64,000 nucleotides of DNA, taken from NCBI GenBank assembly GCA_963718875.1, contig OY970378.1:669373-733372 (forward strand), given 5' to 3'. The notes beneath the pieces were generated by a model. That model ran no database searches. It had not been told where the DNA came from and saw nothing but the letters and a program-made list of their open reading frames with translations. Shown here piece after piece: positions 18,576 to 27,804 of the stretch (positions are counted from its first letter, which is position 1; every line of letters begins with the position of its first letter). Source of the stretch: Candidatus Parcubacteria bacterium. GTDB lineage: Bacteria > Patescibacteriota > Saccharimonadia > UBA4664 > JBIOIQ01. A program made the translations under genes and the position numbers.

Positions 18576-19779
18576 TTTTAGCTTCCTGTGGTCGGTAAAA
18601 GATTACCCCATCTAGTCCTTCAGGCATAAAACCCTTGGGATGCTCAAATCCCGGCTTCCATTTATAATCCTGCCCGTATTGAAGCTTTTTCATCAGTGAG
18701 GTTGGCGCATTGCGCAGATGCAGCGGCGGTTCGGCTGTTGGGTTATCCGCTACAGCCTGTGTAGCATTATTTATAGCATCATAGGCGGCTCTAGACTTGG
18801 GGCTAGTGGCCATTGCAATGGTGGTGTGACTCAAATTAATGCGGCATTCAGGCATTCCAATTCGCTCCACAGCTAAAAACGTTGATACAGCAAGGTTAAG
18901 CGCATCGGAATTAGCCATACCAACATCTTCGGAAGCAAAGATTACCATTCGCCGAGCAATAAACTTGGGGTCTTCGCCGGCTTCAAGCATTCTGGCAAGG
19001 TAAAATAAGGCAGCATTTACTGCTCCACCGCGCAAAGATTTAATATATGCAGAGATGAGGTTGTAGTGAAATTCTCCTCCCTTATCGTAGCGCAAACTGG
19101 TGGACTGCATGGCCTGTTTTATAACCGGTGTTGTAATGGTTGAAGCAAGACTTGCGGCTACTTCAAGACCGCCCAAAGCCATGCGGGCATCTCCTGCCGC
19201 TAACTCAGATAACAAGGCTTTTGCATCAGTTTCAATGGTTTTTCCTGGTAGCTCAGACATTGCCCTGTCAATAATAATCTGTAGCTGGCTAGGCGAAAGT
19301 GGCTCAAGCACGACTACTCGACTACGCGATAAAAGTGGCCCTATGACCTCGAATGAAGGGTTTTCGGTGGTGGCGCCGATCAAAATAATTGTGCCGTTTT
19401 CAACATGAGGCAAGAAGGCATCTTGTTGGGCTTTGTTAAACCGGTGTATTTCGTCTATAAAAAGAACGGTTTTTTGACCCATCTTGGTTCGCTCACTAGC
19501 TTGCTGGATAAGTTTTTTTACCTCAGGAAGGCCGGCGGCAACCGCTGATATCTCTTCAAAGGCAGCCTGGCTTGAGGCGGCAACTATTCGAGCTAGAGTA
19601 GTTTTGCCTGTCCCAGGGGGGCCCCAGAGTATCAATGACGTTGGCTGCCCAGCTTCAACAAGTTTGCGTATAAATTGGTTGTCACCTAAGACATGTTCCT
19701 GGCCAACAACTTCTTTTAAGTCTCGAGGTCGTATCCTATCCGCCAAAGGCTTTTGATTATTGGATTCAAATAGGTTCAT
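18568..19779 (-). CDS. rarA: Replication-associated recombination protein A (MgsA)
   Basis: PLADRIRP, GPPGTGKT, DEIHRFNKAQQD, GATTENP, ASEDVG. Confidence 0.96.
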   Translation of the reverse strand: MNLFESNNQKPLADRIRPRDLKEVVGQEHVLGDNQFIRKLVEAGQPTSLILWGPPGTGKTTLARIVAASSQAAFEEISAVAAGLPEVKKLIQQASERTKMGQKTVLFIDEIHRFNKAQQDAFLPHVENGTIILIGATTENPSFEVIGPLLSRSRVVVLEPLSPSQLQIIIDRAMSELPGKTIETDAKALLSELAAGDARMALGGLEVAASLASTITTPVIKQAMQSTSLRYDKGGEFHYNLISAYIKSLRGGAVNAALFYLARMLEAGEDPKFIARRMVIFASEDVGMANSDALNLAVSTFLAVERIGMPECRINLSHTTIAMATSPKSRAAYDAINNATQAVADNPTAEPPLHLRNAPTSLMKKLQYGQDYKWKPGFEHPKGFMPEGLDGVIFYRPQEAKND

Positions 19780-19931
19780 ATTGCTTCTATAATACCGAAA
19801 TCAAACCGAAGCTACTAATTTGCCAAATTACTCAGCCCTGCTGGACGATGGATAAGCTCAATTATAGCTTCTTTTTAAGCGAGTGTGGCTTTGGTCAATG
19901 ACCTAAGATTTTAACCTTGCGCGGTTTATCG

Positions 19932-20390
19932 CTACTTGTAATAGCTTCGTATCTGGAAAAGAATAAACAAGCTTAGGAGCGCACTTATGAGAGCATTCAA
20001 GATATGTCCGCTCAAGAGTCCCACCGCTAAGGACACTACAACACCGTAGAAAGTAAGCATCCAGCCTTGTTTGGTACGAGCCAACAAGCCGGGTATGGCC
20101 GCAGCGAACAAGCCAACCTGAACTAAGGTAACGATCCACACCAAGCCTATACCAGTGGCGACTGCTGGTGAAGCAACACCAATAACTGGTAGTGCGACGG
20201 TACTTATGCCCAATGCAAGCAACAACAAAGGCAGAGCTAAGAGAAGTAGAACTAGATCTATCCAGGGACCGTATTTTACAATCCATTTTTTAGCGTTTTC
20301 TGGAAGCTGTACTGGAGACTTTGTTACCAAATAGTATTCTAGCATTCCCATTACATCTTTTGGAGGAGTGTCCGAACTTGGTCGAGCCAT
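19932..20390 (-). CDS. Hypothetical 4-TM membrane protein
   Basis: Clean ORF with hydrophobic helices; AAGGA upstream. Confidence 0.75.
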   Translation of the reverse strand: MARPSSDTPPKDVMGMLEYYLVTKSPVQLPENAKKWIVKYGPWIDLVLLLLALPLLLLALGISTVALPVIGVASPAVATGIGLVWIVTLVQVGLFAAAIPGLLARTKQGWMLTFYGVVVSLAVGLLSGHILNALISALLSLFILFQIRSYYK

Positions 20391-20451
20391 TTTAATAAAT
20401 CCTTCATTAATACTTCCATCATAAGCAATTTGAGCTGAAAATTCAATTTAG

Positions 20452-21518
20452 TGTGGTGGTTCATAACATGAGCGCCACTTTTTCTCGTTCTAGTTTCTCG
20501 GCATATTCCTTTGGCGTCAAGTATCCGAGAGCTTCGTGTGGCCTGTAGTCGTGGTATTTCACTAGCCAAGTGTCGATGATGTCTTGTTGGTCGGCTAGAT
20601 CAATTGCTAGGCCGCCCCACTGGATACATTCCCGCTCCAAGGTACCAATGAAACGCTCAACATGGGGCTTGTCTTTGGGAGTGTAGGGACGGGCAAAGTA
20701 CTGCGTAACGTCCATCTCCTTTAAGAGTTTGGCAAACTTTCCTAAATTCTCAGAGCCGTTGTCGTTTAAGGCAGCGGTCGGGACTAGTCCCCAGAGCTCA
20801 CAAACCTTGGTCCAGGCAACGGCAGCTTGCTGAGATGAAATACTGCTAGCCACATGGACGAAAGCTCGTTTACCCACGACATCAATGGCCACAAACCCAT
20901 AGCGTTTAACCCCCAGCATGGGCAAGTGCTTAACATCCACCTCGACTAAGTCGCCAGGCTCTGCTGCCACCAGATCTTTCGGTTTACGACGGCGGTTGAC
21001 TCTGTCAGGGTGCCCTTGGGTTTAATTGGCGGGGTGATAAACAAGTTGTAGCGCTTGATGATCCGGCCAATAGTTGAGGCGGATAAAACTACTTCATGGT
21101 CACGCTGCAGAATAGTTGCTAGTTTGTACTTAGAGTATTCTGGGTTGGCTTTGCGCAAAGAGCAAACGAGATCTATGTGAGCTAAGGGGGTTGTGGGCTT
21201 ACGGACTTGCCTGGGACGTTGAGACAAGTTCTCCAGCCCTTTTAGTCCCTGTTGGTGAAACCTTTGGTAGTAGCGGTAGAAACTGCGATGATGGATGCCA
21301 AAATGGCGACAGGTTAGACGGGCATTGCGGCCATGGGAGTGGTAATAGTCTACCCATTTAAGCCGTTGTTTAGCTTCTTTGGATAACTCTACTGGATCAC
21401 GAACTTTTCCTAACCCTGGAACAATTACGCCAATAGATGTTTGGTGGCCTGTTCGACCCTTCATAACTGCCTCCTCTAGATTATTCTAGAGTGGCGCTCA
21501 TGTATGTGAACCTGGACA
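20452..21518 (-). mobile_element. IS481-like insertion sequence (1067 bp)
   Basis: TGT...ACA ends; IRs share GGTTCA..ACATGAGCGCCACT; 5-bp target duplication TTTAG at 20447-20451 and 21519-21523. Confidence 0.88.
20461..21464 (-). pseudogene. IS481-like transposase (HTH + rve integrase core) split by a -1 frameshift near 21013
   Basis: HTH ORF 20946-21464 and DDE core (VDVKH, DNGSE, VERF) join as ...PKG/HPDRVNRRRKPKDLVAAEPG if one base is added. Confidence 0.8.
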
Positions 21519-21587
21519 TTTAGCCTTGTAAAAAGGTTTTTTTTAGAGTTTTCTTCAAGAAATATTGGCAAAAGTAAGCATAAGGAC

Positions 21588-21616
21588 TTGACAATATAGT
21601 GCTTATGGTGTAGAAT
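21588..21616 (+). promoter_or_regulatory. Near-consensus sigma70 promoter for the Rpf-like gene
   Basis: TTGACA-17nt-TAGAAT. Confidence 0.75.
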
Positions 21617-21764
21617 ACCTTCTTATGTTCAGATGAGGGCCTGATTACAGGTCTTTTTTTTCTGGACATAATATCTCATTCATTCGGGGTGAGGTGGAGT
21701 TATATCACATAACGAAAGGTACACTAAGCATCGGCTGGCGCATTATCTTGCGTAACCGATACAT

Positions 21765-22380
21765 ATGCGTAACTTTACTAAGTTAGTAATGGCTTCGGCT
21801 ATGCTAGCTACTCAGGCGACACCTACTGCTCCTTATGTAGACGCCGCTTCAGTTAGGGCTTCAGTCCCTACTGTAGTTTCTTCAGAAAGTATGATTCATT
21901 TTTCAACCGCTTCAGTATATGCGGTTGAACTTGAAACTAAACCACAACCAGACTTTGATAGCGAAGTTTTAGTGCCTTTGCGGAAAGCTCAAGCTGATGC
22001 AGCTCAAAAAGCCGCTGAAGCTAAAGCTGCTCAAGCAGCAGCTCAAAAGGTTGCTCAAGCAGCCACTGCCAGCACGAACAGTTACCACTACGACCAAAAG
22101 CTTTGCGTATAATGGCCAAGTTTTAAGTGAGGCTGCTATACAATTCTTAGGTAATTGCGAGAGTGGCATGACGGCCAACCGTAATTCAGGAAACGGTTTT
22201 TACGGTGCCTTCCAGTTTACCATTAGCACTTGGAATTCAATGCAAACTGGCTATGCGCGAGCTGACTTAGCTCCCTTAGATGTCCAGATTCAAGCTGTCC
22301 ATAAGCTGCTTTCAAAATCTTCGATTTACACTCAGTTCCCCGCTTGTGCTCGAAAAATGCAAGCTGCTGGTCTGATTTAA
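21765..22380 (+). CDS. Secreted Rpf-like (resuscitation-promoting factor) lytic transglycosylase, frameshifted near 22068
   Basis: Signal-like N-terminus and Ala/Lys linker in ORF 21765-22112; CESG..NSGNGFYGAFQF..TW..ADLA..QI..FPAC domain in ORF 21997-22380. Confidence 0.8.
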
Positions 22381-22386
22381 CTAAAA

Positions 22387-22418
22387 GCAAAAACCGCTTT
22401 TAAAAGGGCGGTTTTTGC
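22387..22418. terminator. Bidirectional intrinsic terminator
   Basis: GCAAAAACCGC...GCGGTTTTTGC between convergent genes. Confidence 0.8.
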
Positions 22419-22473
22419 GTGTAAAAAGTAACCTTTAGTTGTCGAGTCTCGATGGTTTTTCTCGAATGTCTAT

Positions 22474-23010
22474 TTATAAGGTCGTGTCGGCGATATTGGT
22501 ACCACCATGTACGCCATCTCCCCGAAGATCTAGATCCGTTGGATTACTTGCAGGGGTTGTTGGGTCGACCATCGGCGGCATTTCTGGATTTGTCTCGATA
22601 GGGTCGGTAGCAGGGTTATGAGATGGAATTTCTATTTCCTTAATGCTTAACTGCGAAGCCAAAGTTATTTGAGAGTCCTGTAGTGCTCGAGCTGTAGCAA
22701 GGGTAGATAATGCGGGGTTTACGGGCTTATAAACAATGCGGGGTTTAATAGTAGTACTGCGATATTGGGGAGCTTGCGTGCTTAGCTGAGAGGGATTTGT
22801 TGGCTGAGAAAGTGAGCTTTGAGGGGTGATGATTTGAGTTTTAGGCTTTGGAGCAACTCGAGGTTTATTAGCTACTGGTTTCTGCCCAGGAAGTCTGAAA
22901 AAGGCTAAGCTAATAGTAGCCCCTAGTAATAAAACAATTGTAAGCGCAGCAAAAGTTTTTACTCCGTTTTGAACAGATTGTTTTTGACTTAATTGCTTCA
23001 TAAACTCCAT
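22474..23010 (-). CDS. Hypothetical membrane-anchored Pro/Ser/Thr-rich protein
   Basis: Single TM helix followed by a low-complexity region. Confidence 0.55.
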   Translation of the reverse strand: MEFMKQLSQKQSVQNGVKTFAALTIVLLLGATISLAFFRLPGQKPVANKPRVAPKPKTQIITPQSSLSQPTNPSQLSTQAPQYRSTTIKPRIVYKPVNPALSTLATARALQDSQITLASQLSIKEIEIPSHNPATDPIETNPEMPPMVDPTTPASNPTDLDLRGDGVHGGTNIADTTL

Positions 23011-23091
23011 GTTGTGGTTGGCTCACTGACTTTAAGTAGGAGCCTATTTTAGTTTGTTTTGGTCAAAATTACAATATTTTTGATGGATTAT

Positions 23092-24594
23092 TTAAGGCTT
23101 GTGATTACTCACTAGATCTTGGTTCGACGATATACTTTGCAAGAATTGATAAATTTTTACCATAGCTAGAGTGTCTTGTCCGCAGTAGGTTATGAGGTCT
23201 GAGTAGACCTTTTGGTTTTCTTCGGTCGTTAAATGCCCTTTGGCGCTATTTGTCCACCGAATTTGAGCAGTTGCTCCTTCGTGAATCTCTAAGTCGGCGT
23301 AGCTCATTTCTGGCACAAGAATTGGTAAGACGTTCTTTATGGATACGCTACCGCCAAAATTGGGGTCTACATACCAAAAGTTACTAAATACTTCCATTAA
23401 ATCCACAACTCGGTCGTTAACTGAAGCTAAAAAACTTGCATATTCAGGTTGTAGCCTTGACATGGTGTTGTTGCAGCTCATTTCAAACAGTTTAAACCAA
23501 ACCAATACGCTTCCGCTTAGTCCAAGATCTCTCTCTAGCCGCAAGAGAAGTTGCGGTATAGGATTGTCGCTTCCGCGGCTCAAGAATTCCTTGTGGCGCA
23601 CTTCCCCACCCGGCATATCAATAATATGGAGAGAATATTGGAATGGAAGCTGTTGGTATGGTCTTTGCTTATCCCATAGTGGAATGGCAAGATTATAGGT
23701 TTCGTAATCAAGAAAATATAGTGGATATTGAAGCTGGCTTAACCACTCAGCAATTTTTACTCGATGCGTTGCTGGTCGGTCTAACCGTAGAGCTTCAATG
23801 TATGCGCGTTGTTCTCGTGATAGTTTGGACGACAGAGAAATTTGACTTGATTTTGTAATCCCCGACTGGCTCCATGAGCGCAGCTGATCGGGCTTAAGCC
23901 GCTTCAGCCTGAAAATGCTATCTGGTTCCAGGCTGGGGTGAAGATGCCGATATGTCGGTAACCAAGCACCTAAGTTGGTTGCCTTAATGGGGTGCAAATC
24001 TGGACATTGGCTAAGGTTGAGCACACCAATAGCCTCAATAATTTTGCTTTTAGTAGAGTCAAGGATGGAGTCGACCCGGTCGGTAACGTTAACTGTTTTG
24101 AAAAGGTGACGTGGATTTATAGCACCGTCTTTCGTGAATCGGGTATTTATGTGTACAACAAAGGTCTGGCCTATTTTGTAACCATAGTCTGTAAAGGCGA
24201 CTTTTTGAAAACTTAGGTCGTTTAGGTGGTCAAACCGGACTTTGGTTGCGGCTTTAATTTCGTAAATGTCCCAATGCAAGCCGTTTTTTACCAAAACGTC
24301 AGCCCGCGCATATAAATTGCGACTAGTTAAGACGGACGCCTGGAAGAGGGTGGTCGAACCGTTGCTTATAATCCAGTTAGTGTCAGTAACGGCCTCTTTA
24401 AGAACCGTTTCTATCATTATCCCATCAGGAAAAAGACTGCGGGCAAGTGCCTCCACCTCGTTCCCTTGGTTTACGTGGTAGTGTCCTGATTCATCGAACG
24501 GCGGCAGTTTGTCTTTGTCGTATTTTGAAAGCCAAAGGTAGGCCGGATGAATTAGGAACTTTAGGTAGTCAGACTTGGTTAGCCATTTAGCCAT
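23092..24594 (-). CDS. DUF2779-type protein (RecB/PD-(D/E)XK-like nuclease + RNase H-like domain)
   Basis: ARADVL..IYEIK, YFLDYET, PYQQLPFQYSLH, SIKNVLP, YCGQDT. Confidence 0.85.
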   Translation of the reverse strand: MAKWLTKSDYLKFLIHPAYLWLSKYDKDKLPPFDESGHYHVNQGNEVEALARSLFPDGIMIETVLKEAVTDTNWIISNGSTTLFQASVLTSRNLYARADVLVKNGLHWDIYEIKAATKVRFDHLNDLSFQKVAFTDYGYKIGQTFVVHINTRFTKDGAINPRHLFKTVNVTDRVDSILDSTKSKIIEAIGVLNLSQCPDLHPIKATNLGAWLPTYRHLHPSLEPDSIFRLKRLKPDQLRSWSQSGITKSSQISLSSKLSREQRAYIEALRLDRPATHRVKIAEWLSQLQYPLYFLDYETYNLAIPLWDKQRPYQQLPFQYSLHIIDMPGGEVRHKEFLSRGSDNPIPQLLLRLERDLGLSGSVLVWFKLFEMSCNNTMSRLQPEYASFLASVNDRVVDLMEVFSNFWYVDPNFGGSVSIKNVLPILVPEMSYADLEIHEGATAQIRWTNSAKGHLTTEENQKVYSDLITYCGQDTLAMVKIYQFLQSISSNQDLVSNHKP

Positions 24595-24624
24595 ACTTAA
24601 TATTGTAACAAAAGCTGTTACTTG

Positions 24625-25395
24625 CTATTTGAATCGTGACGCTGACTCAATTAAGGCTTGGCGGGATTTGCGATAGCTTTTTAGGCCTAAAAACATGGCC
24701 GGAATGGCAACACTTGCTATCAGAGGTGCCTCTGAGCCAGTTTTAGGGGTTGTGGCGGGTTTTGGAATAGGTGTTGTCGCAGGAGTAGGCGGTGGAACAG
24801 AGATAGGCGCCGGCGCGGGGGTGGCTTTTGTCATCGGGGCTGGCGTAGGTTTTGGTACCGGAGTGGGAGCAGGTACTGGAGTCGGCGTCGGACTTGTCAT
24901 TGCAGTAGTGGCTACCACGGGACGTGCCGTTACAGGATTACCGCAAGATTTGATAACGGCCCACATGAACTGGTTGTTCTGCATGTATACGTAAGCGGGG
25001 AGACTGTCGCTGACAAAGGATACGGACGTAGGGCGAATCCAAACGTTAGCCATTGCAGTTGATCCTTCCATGAACTGACGCCCGACAGATTGGGCATTTG
25101 TTGCAACAACACGGTTATTTAGCAGTAGCACATTCCCGGCTTTTGTTACAGTTCCTTCAACTGTTGAGCTAATAAGATTAGGGTCAATTCCGCTAGCAGC
25201 GTAAATACTTGAAATGTCAGCTGAGCTATTGTGTCCATCTCCTTGGGTCGCAGCTTTGACTACATCTGACGGATACGTTGCTCCACACCAAATAACGGCA
25301 TTATCATCGCAATCTTGGGCAGCTTGAGTTGACAATGGATTCGCAATAGCTATGGCTACGAGCACAATGATTGGTAGTAACTTTTGCTTATTCAT
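24625..25395 (-). CDS. Secreted Pro/Thr-rich surface protein with sortase-like signal
   Basis: Signal peptide, Cys-containing domain (CDDNAVIWCG, SCGNPV), PT linker, TPKTG + hydrophobic stretch + basic tail. Confidence 0.75.
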   Translation of the reverse strand: MNKQKLLPIIVLVAIAIANPLSTQAAQDCDDNAVIWCGATYPSDVVKAATQGDGHNSSADISSIYAASGIDPNLISSTVEGTVTKAGNVLLLNNRVVATNAQSVGRQFMEGSTAMANVWIRPTSVSFVSDSLPAYVYMQNNQFMWAVIKSCGNPVTARPVVATTAMTSPTPTPVPAPTPVPKPTPAPMTKATPAPAPISVPPPTPATTPIPKPATTPKTGSEAPLIASVAIPAMFLGLKSYRKSRQALIESASRFK

Positions 25396-25602
25396 AGATT
25401 AGATCCTTTTATGAGTAACAACATCGAATTCTATCATGGCAGAGAAGCCAACAGATTGACTTGTTGAAAGTCACACAAAACAAGCCTAGTTATTAAAACT
25501 TCATTGGAATAACAACCATCATCTTAATACTCGTTTGATTTTTAGCTGGACTTTACTTTTGGCTACTTTAAGGTCAGAATGTAAGCATAATAAGGATTTA
25601 CA

Positions 25603-26373
25603 ATGTCTGAAAATTCTGTGCTGGGCCAGCCCCAAAAAGACCGTCTCAGTATATCATTTGGCTACAAGTTCATATCCCTGACATTGCTCGCAGTGATCGC
25701 TATTATGCTTCTGGTTTGGAAGCCCTGGGTTTCAACCGCCAATGCAGACGATCGTACTATTTCGGTTACAGGCAAAGCCGATATCAAAGCCGAGCCGGAC
25801 GAATATGTCTTTAATCCTAGTTATCAGTTTAAGAACATTGATAAGGCAGCTGCTCTTAAGAACCTCACCGCTAAAAGCAGCGAACTGATAGCAAAATTAA
25901 AGGGTATGGGCGTTGAAGACCGGAATATAAAAACAGATTCTAACGGATATGACTATCAACGCTACTACTATAATAACGACACAAAAGAATCGACTTACAC
26001 CTTAGTTTTGACTGTGACGCTTGCAAACCGCGATAAAGCTCAGAAAGTCCAAGACTATCTTGTAACAACTGACCCTACGGGGAGCATATCGCCCAATGTA
26101 ACTTTTAGCGATAGTAAACGTAAGGCGCTTGAAAGCCAGGCTCGAGACCTCGCTACAAAAGAAGCACGCTCAAAAGCTGAGCAGTCGGCTAAAAATCTTG
26201 GATTTAAGGTTGGGGCAGTTAAGGCGGTCCAGGACGGCTCTGGTTTCGGCAATATATATCCAATGCAGGGCAGGGCCAGCTTAGAGACATCGTCAGAGGA
26301 TGCAAAGTTAGATGTGCAACCCGGTCAAAATGACCTCAGCTATACCGTAAACGTTGTTTATTTTGTTAAATAA
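25603..26373 (+). CDS. SIMPL (DUF541) domain protein
   Basis: TISVTGKA..PD, A..EARSKAE..A..LG. Confidence 0.85.
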   Translation: MSENSVLGQPQKDRLSISFGYKFISLTLLAVIAIMLLVWKPWVSTANADDRTISVTGKADIKAEPDEYVFNPSYQFKNIDKAAALKNLTAKSSELIAKLKGMGVEDRNIKTDSNGYDYQRYYYNNDTKESTYTLVLTVTLANRDKAQKVQDYLVTTDPTGSISPNVTFSDSKRKALESQARDLATKEARSKAEQSAKNLGFKVGAVKAVQDGSGFGNIYPMQGRASLETSSEDAKLDVQPGQNDLSYTVNVVYFVK

Positions 26374-26440
26374 TATTTTAAGCATAACTAGGTTGACTCA
26401 AACTAGTGTATTGTGATTAACTTGACTTACCAACTTAAGT

Positions 26441-26692
26441 TTTGTGGAGTTGGATGTTTATAACGGCCGCTAAGGTTCGTTATGGTACCTATCTAGAGAG
26501 GACTGCTCATAAACTGTTTAAACAATAGACGCGAAACGTCTAGAGTGATTTCAGTAAGAGTGATACGAGCGCCTAGGCTAATCCATCCTGAAGTGTGATT
26601 GTGGAAAATTACGCTAAAATCATGATACTAGCTATTTGGATGTGTCTTCAAAAGAGCAACTGCACCTCTGACTTCCAATCGGAGGTGTTTTT
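26441..26692 (+). ncRNA. Candidate structured ncRNA with its own terminator
   Basis: Several nested helices with G-U pairs on the + strand, a GAAA-containing hairpin, and terminator CACCTCTGA/TCGGAGGTG-T5. Confidence 0.5.
26663..26692 (+). terminator. Intrinsic terminator
   Basis: CACCTCTGA-loop-TCGGAGGTG followed by TTTTT. Confidence 0.75.
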
Positions 26693-27089
26693 GTGTTAAT
26701 TTGCTTTAACCAACAACTTAATTCATAATTTTGGTGTCCGGTTCTCCAGCAGAAAGGTGCTTTAAGGTGTCACTGCAGTTGTTCCTGATCCTGACAGCGT
26801 TGCTAGGATGGTTTCTTCCGGCAATGTTACTCAATCTGCTCCTACGCCAGGTTAGAAGGCTATATCCAAGAAGCCGAGTCGCGATCATTTCTCGTGACTG
26901 GCTGTACAGTTGGAAATGGTTCCTGTGCTGGTGGATCACCGTATTGTGCATCATTTTCCGAGTCGAAGATAAGCCAGCCTTCGCTTCGTCGACTACGTCG
27001 CCAACGGCGGAATCGTAACACCCCTAAGTAGTAATTTATCGCCAACGGGCGATATCCGCTTTTCTCAGGGGTGTCGTCTTTTTATAAAG

Positions 27090-27656
27090 CTACCGTTTTT
27101 CCTGCTGATCAAATTTAAGTATTTTGTAATCAAGCATATTAATCCCTGAGGCTTCATAGATCTGAAAGGCTGAGCAAATCTTCTTGTCCGCTTGACTTAG
27201 GCTGAGTTTTTCGATCATTTTGTCAATATCTGCCCAGCTGGTAGCTTCAATCTCAAGATAGGGTGGGATCAAAGGCATCTCATCAATGTCGAGCTCTACC
27301 CCATCTAGTTCATAACGCGTGCGCTTTTTTTCTTCCAGGAACTTTTCGACCAGTCCAATACGGCGTAGGATCTCGGAGGTGGCTTCAAAGTCGCTAACTT
27401 TTACTTCATGTTCAAGCATTGAGCTATCATTTGCGCCGGCTTTAACTCCTTGGCGCTGTTTGTATGCCAGCTTGGTCTCGTTACCATCGCTACGTAAGCG
27501 CACCCAGGCAGCTTGCTCATTAAGGCGTAAGTCGGGGAAATCAAAGGTGGTGATGCGATACTTTGTTTCGAATAGCTTTTTCCCACCCAGTTCGATAATT
27601 TGATTCTTAAGGTGGTCCCGATTGATATTGAGGAATTTAACTTCTATTTCTTCCAT
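27090..27656 (-). CDS. CYTH-domain protein (class IV adenylate cyclase-like)
   Basis: EIEVKF, WVRLR, LAYK, EHEV, EKKR, YLEIE. Confidence 0.9.
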   Translation of the reverse strand: MEEIEVKFLNINRDHLKNQIIELGGKKLFETKYRITTFDFPDLRLNEQAAWVRLRSDGNETKLAYKQRQGVKAGANDSSMLEHEVKVSDFEATSEILRRIGLVEKFLEEKKRTRYELDGVELDIDEMPLIPPYLEIEATSWADIDKMIEKLSLSQADKKICSAFQIYEASGINMLDYKILKFDQQEKR

Positions 27657-27757
27657 GCACATTCTATCCAGTTAGGTCCCTTGACTCGTATAACTCGCTC
27701 GGGATGACAGATAAGTGAAGTTCTGCGGGATACGTTGTGCAGAATTTTACTTCTTTG

Positions 27758-27787
27758 TCACATCTTAATTTCGATGTCGACGCCAGC
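27758..27787 (-). repeat. Recoded duplicate of the rpsJ 3' end (AGVDIEIKM*)
   Basis: GCT GGC GTC GAC ATC GAA ATT AAG ATG TGA versus gene copy GCC GGT GTT GAC ATT GAA ATC AAG ATG TAG. Confidence 0.9.
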
Positions 27788-27804
27788 TCGGGGTTTTCGC
27801 GTAG

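Noticed and set aside
24770-24900. Repeat-like GC-rich stretch considered as a CRISPR or DNA repeat
   Set aside because: Explained by the Pro/Thr-rich linker codons; no repeat-spacer array or cas genes seen in the window
26566-26640. glmS ribozyme suggested by AGCGCCT
   Set aside because: The downstream GACGAGG core is absent and no glmS gene follows
26718-27045. Overlapping short ORFs on both strands
   Set aside because: No recognisable motifs and mutually conflicting frames; probably decayed or non-coding
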